From Methanothermobacter marburgensis str. Marburg (lineage in GTDB: Archaea; Methanobacteriota; Methanobacteria; Methanobacteriales; Methanothermobacteraceae), in assembly GCF_000145295.1 (NCBI RefSeq), contig NC_014408.1, positions 1,200,001 through 1,232,000 on the forward strand: 32,000 nt of DNA, written 5' to 3'. The notes under the pieces are model-generated. The model worked only from the letters and a program-made list of their open reading frames with translations. It made no database searches and was not told the origin of the DNA. Of the stretch, positions 31,935 through 32,000 are shown one piece after another (positions within the stretch are counted from its first letter, which is position 1; every line of letters begins with the position of its first letter). The position numbers were made by a program, and so were the translations under genes.

Positions 31935-32000
31935 TCACACCTCACTACATTCCTTGACGATCCTTTCCCGGATCTCCTTGATCCTTGCAGGGAATTCCTC
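31935..32000 (-). CDS. atpA: 3' end (last 21 codons) of the A1Ao ATP synthase subunit A gene
   Basis: Open frame [21 protein letters not shown] ends 2 nt before the atpB ATG. The assignment rests on the conserved A-B-D gene order only. Confidence 0.55.
   Translation of the reverse strand, partial: EEFPARIKEIRERIVKECSEV

Overview
All calls were made by eye from the sequence and the supplied ORF track; no search was run. The window looks like a chromosomal segment of a Methanothermobacter-type hydrogenotrophic methanogen. The markers are tfx plus fmdECB, an Mth938-domain gene, archaeal-type PEP carboxylase and the end of the A1Ao ATP synthase operon.

Layout:
- About 600-10,560 is a visibly AT-richer block. 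It holds a kinase-like gene, tfx and the molybdenum formylmethanofuran dehydrogenase operon fmdECB. Convergent to fmdECB is a tightly packed seven-gene minus-strand operon: ferredoxin, 8-cluster polyferredoxin, and two DUF364-like paralogues interleaved with modA, modB and modC.
- 10.5-16.7 kb holds small regulator-centred units: a low-complexity tail-anchored ORF, an EEP-family nuclease/phosphatase, membrane protein-MarR-unknown-nitroreductase-membrane protein, a DtxR-family repressor with an AhpD-like protein, and a small Cys-rich protein with an Mth938-domain protein.
- 16.7-23.3 kb is a complete type I R-M operon (hsdM-hsdS-hsdR) ending in a DUF45/YgjP-like metallohydrolase gene.
- 23.4-32 kb holds ppcA, a heliorhodopsin-family 7-TM gene, two tRNA-Gln genes, an ATP-grasp gene, several small unknown genes including a UPF0216/DUF61 member, then atpD, atpB and the 3' end of atpA.

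No CRISPR array, transposase or integrase was seen.

Best candidates for new biology:
1. The heliorhodopsin homologue, with the putative Schiff-base Lys and counter-ion Glu conserved, in an anaerobic methanogen context.
2. The Fdx-polyFdx-DUF364-modA-DUF364-modB-modC operon facing fmdECB.
3. An HsdM with an extra N-terminal winged-helix domain, beside a perfect inverted repeat in its promoter.

Several palindromic operator candidates and two local duplications that touch gene ends are also reported.
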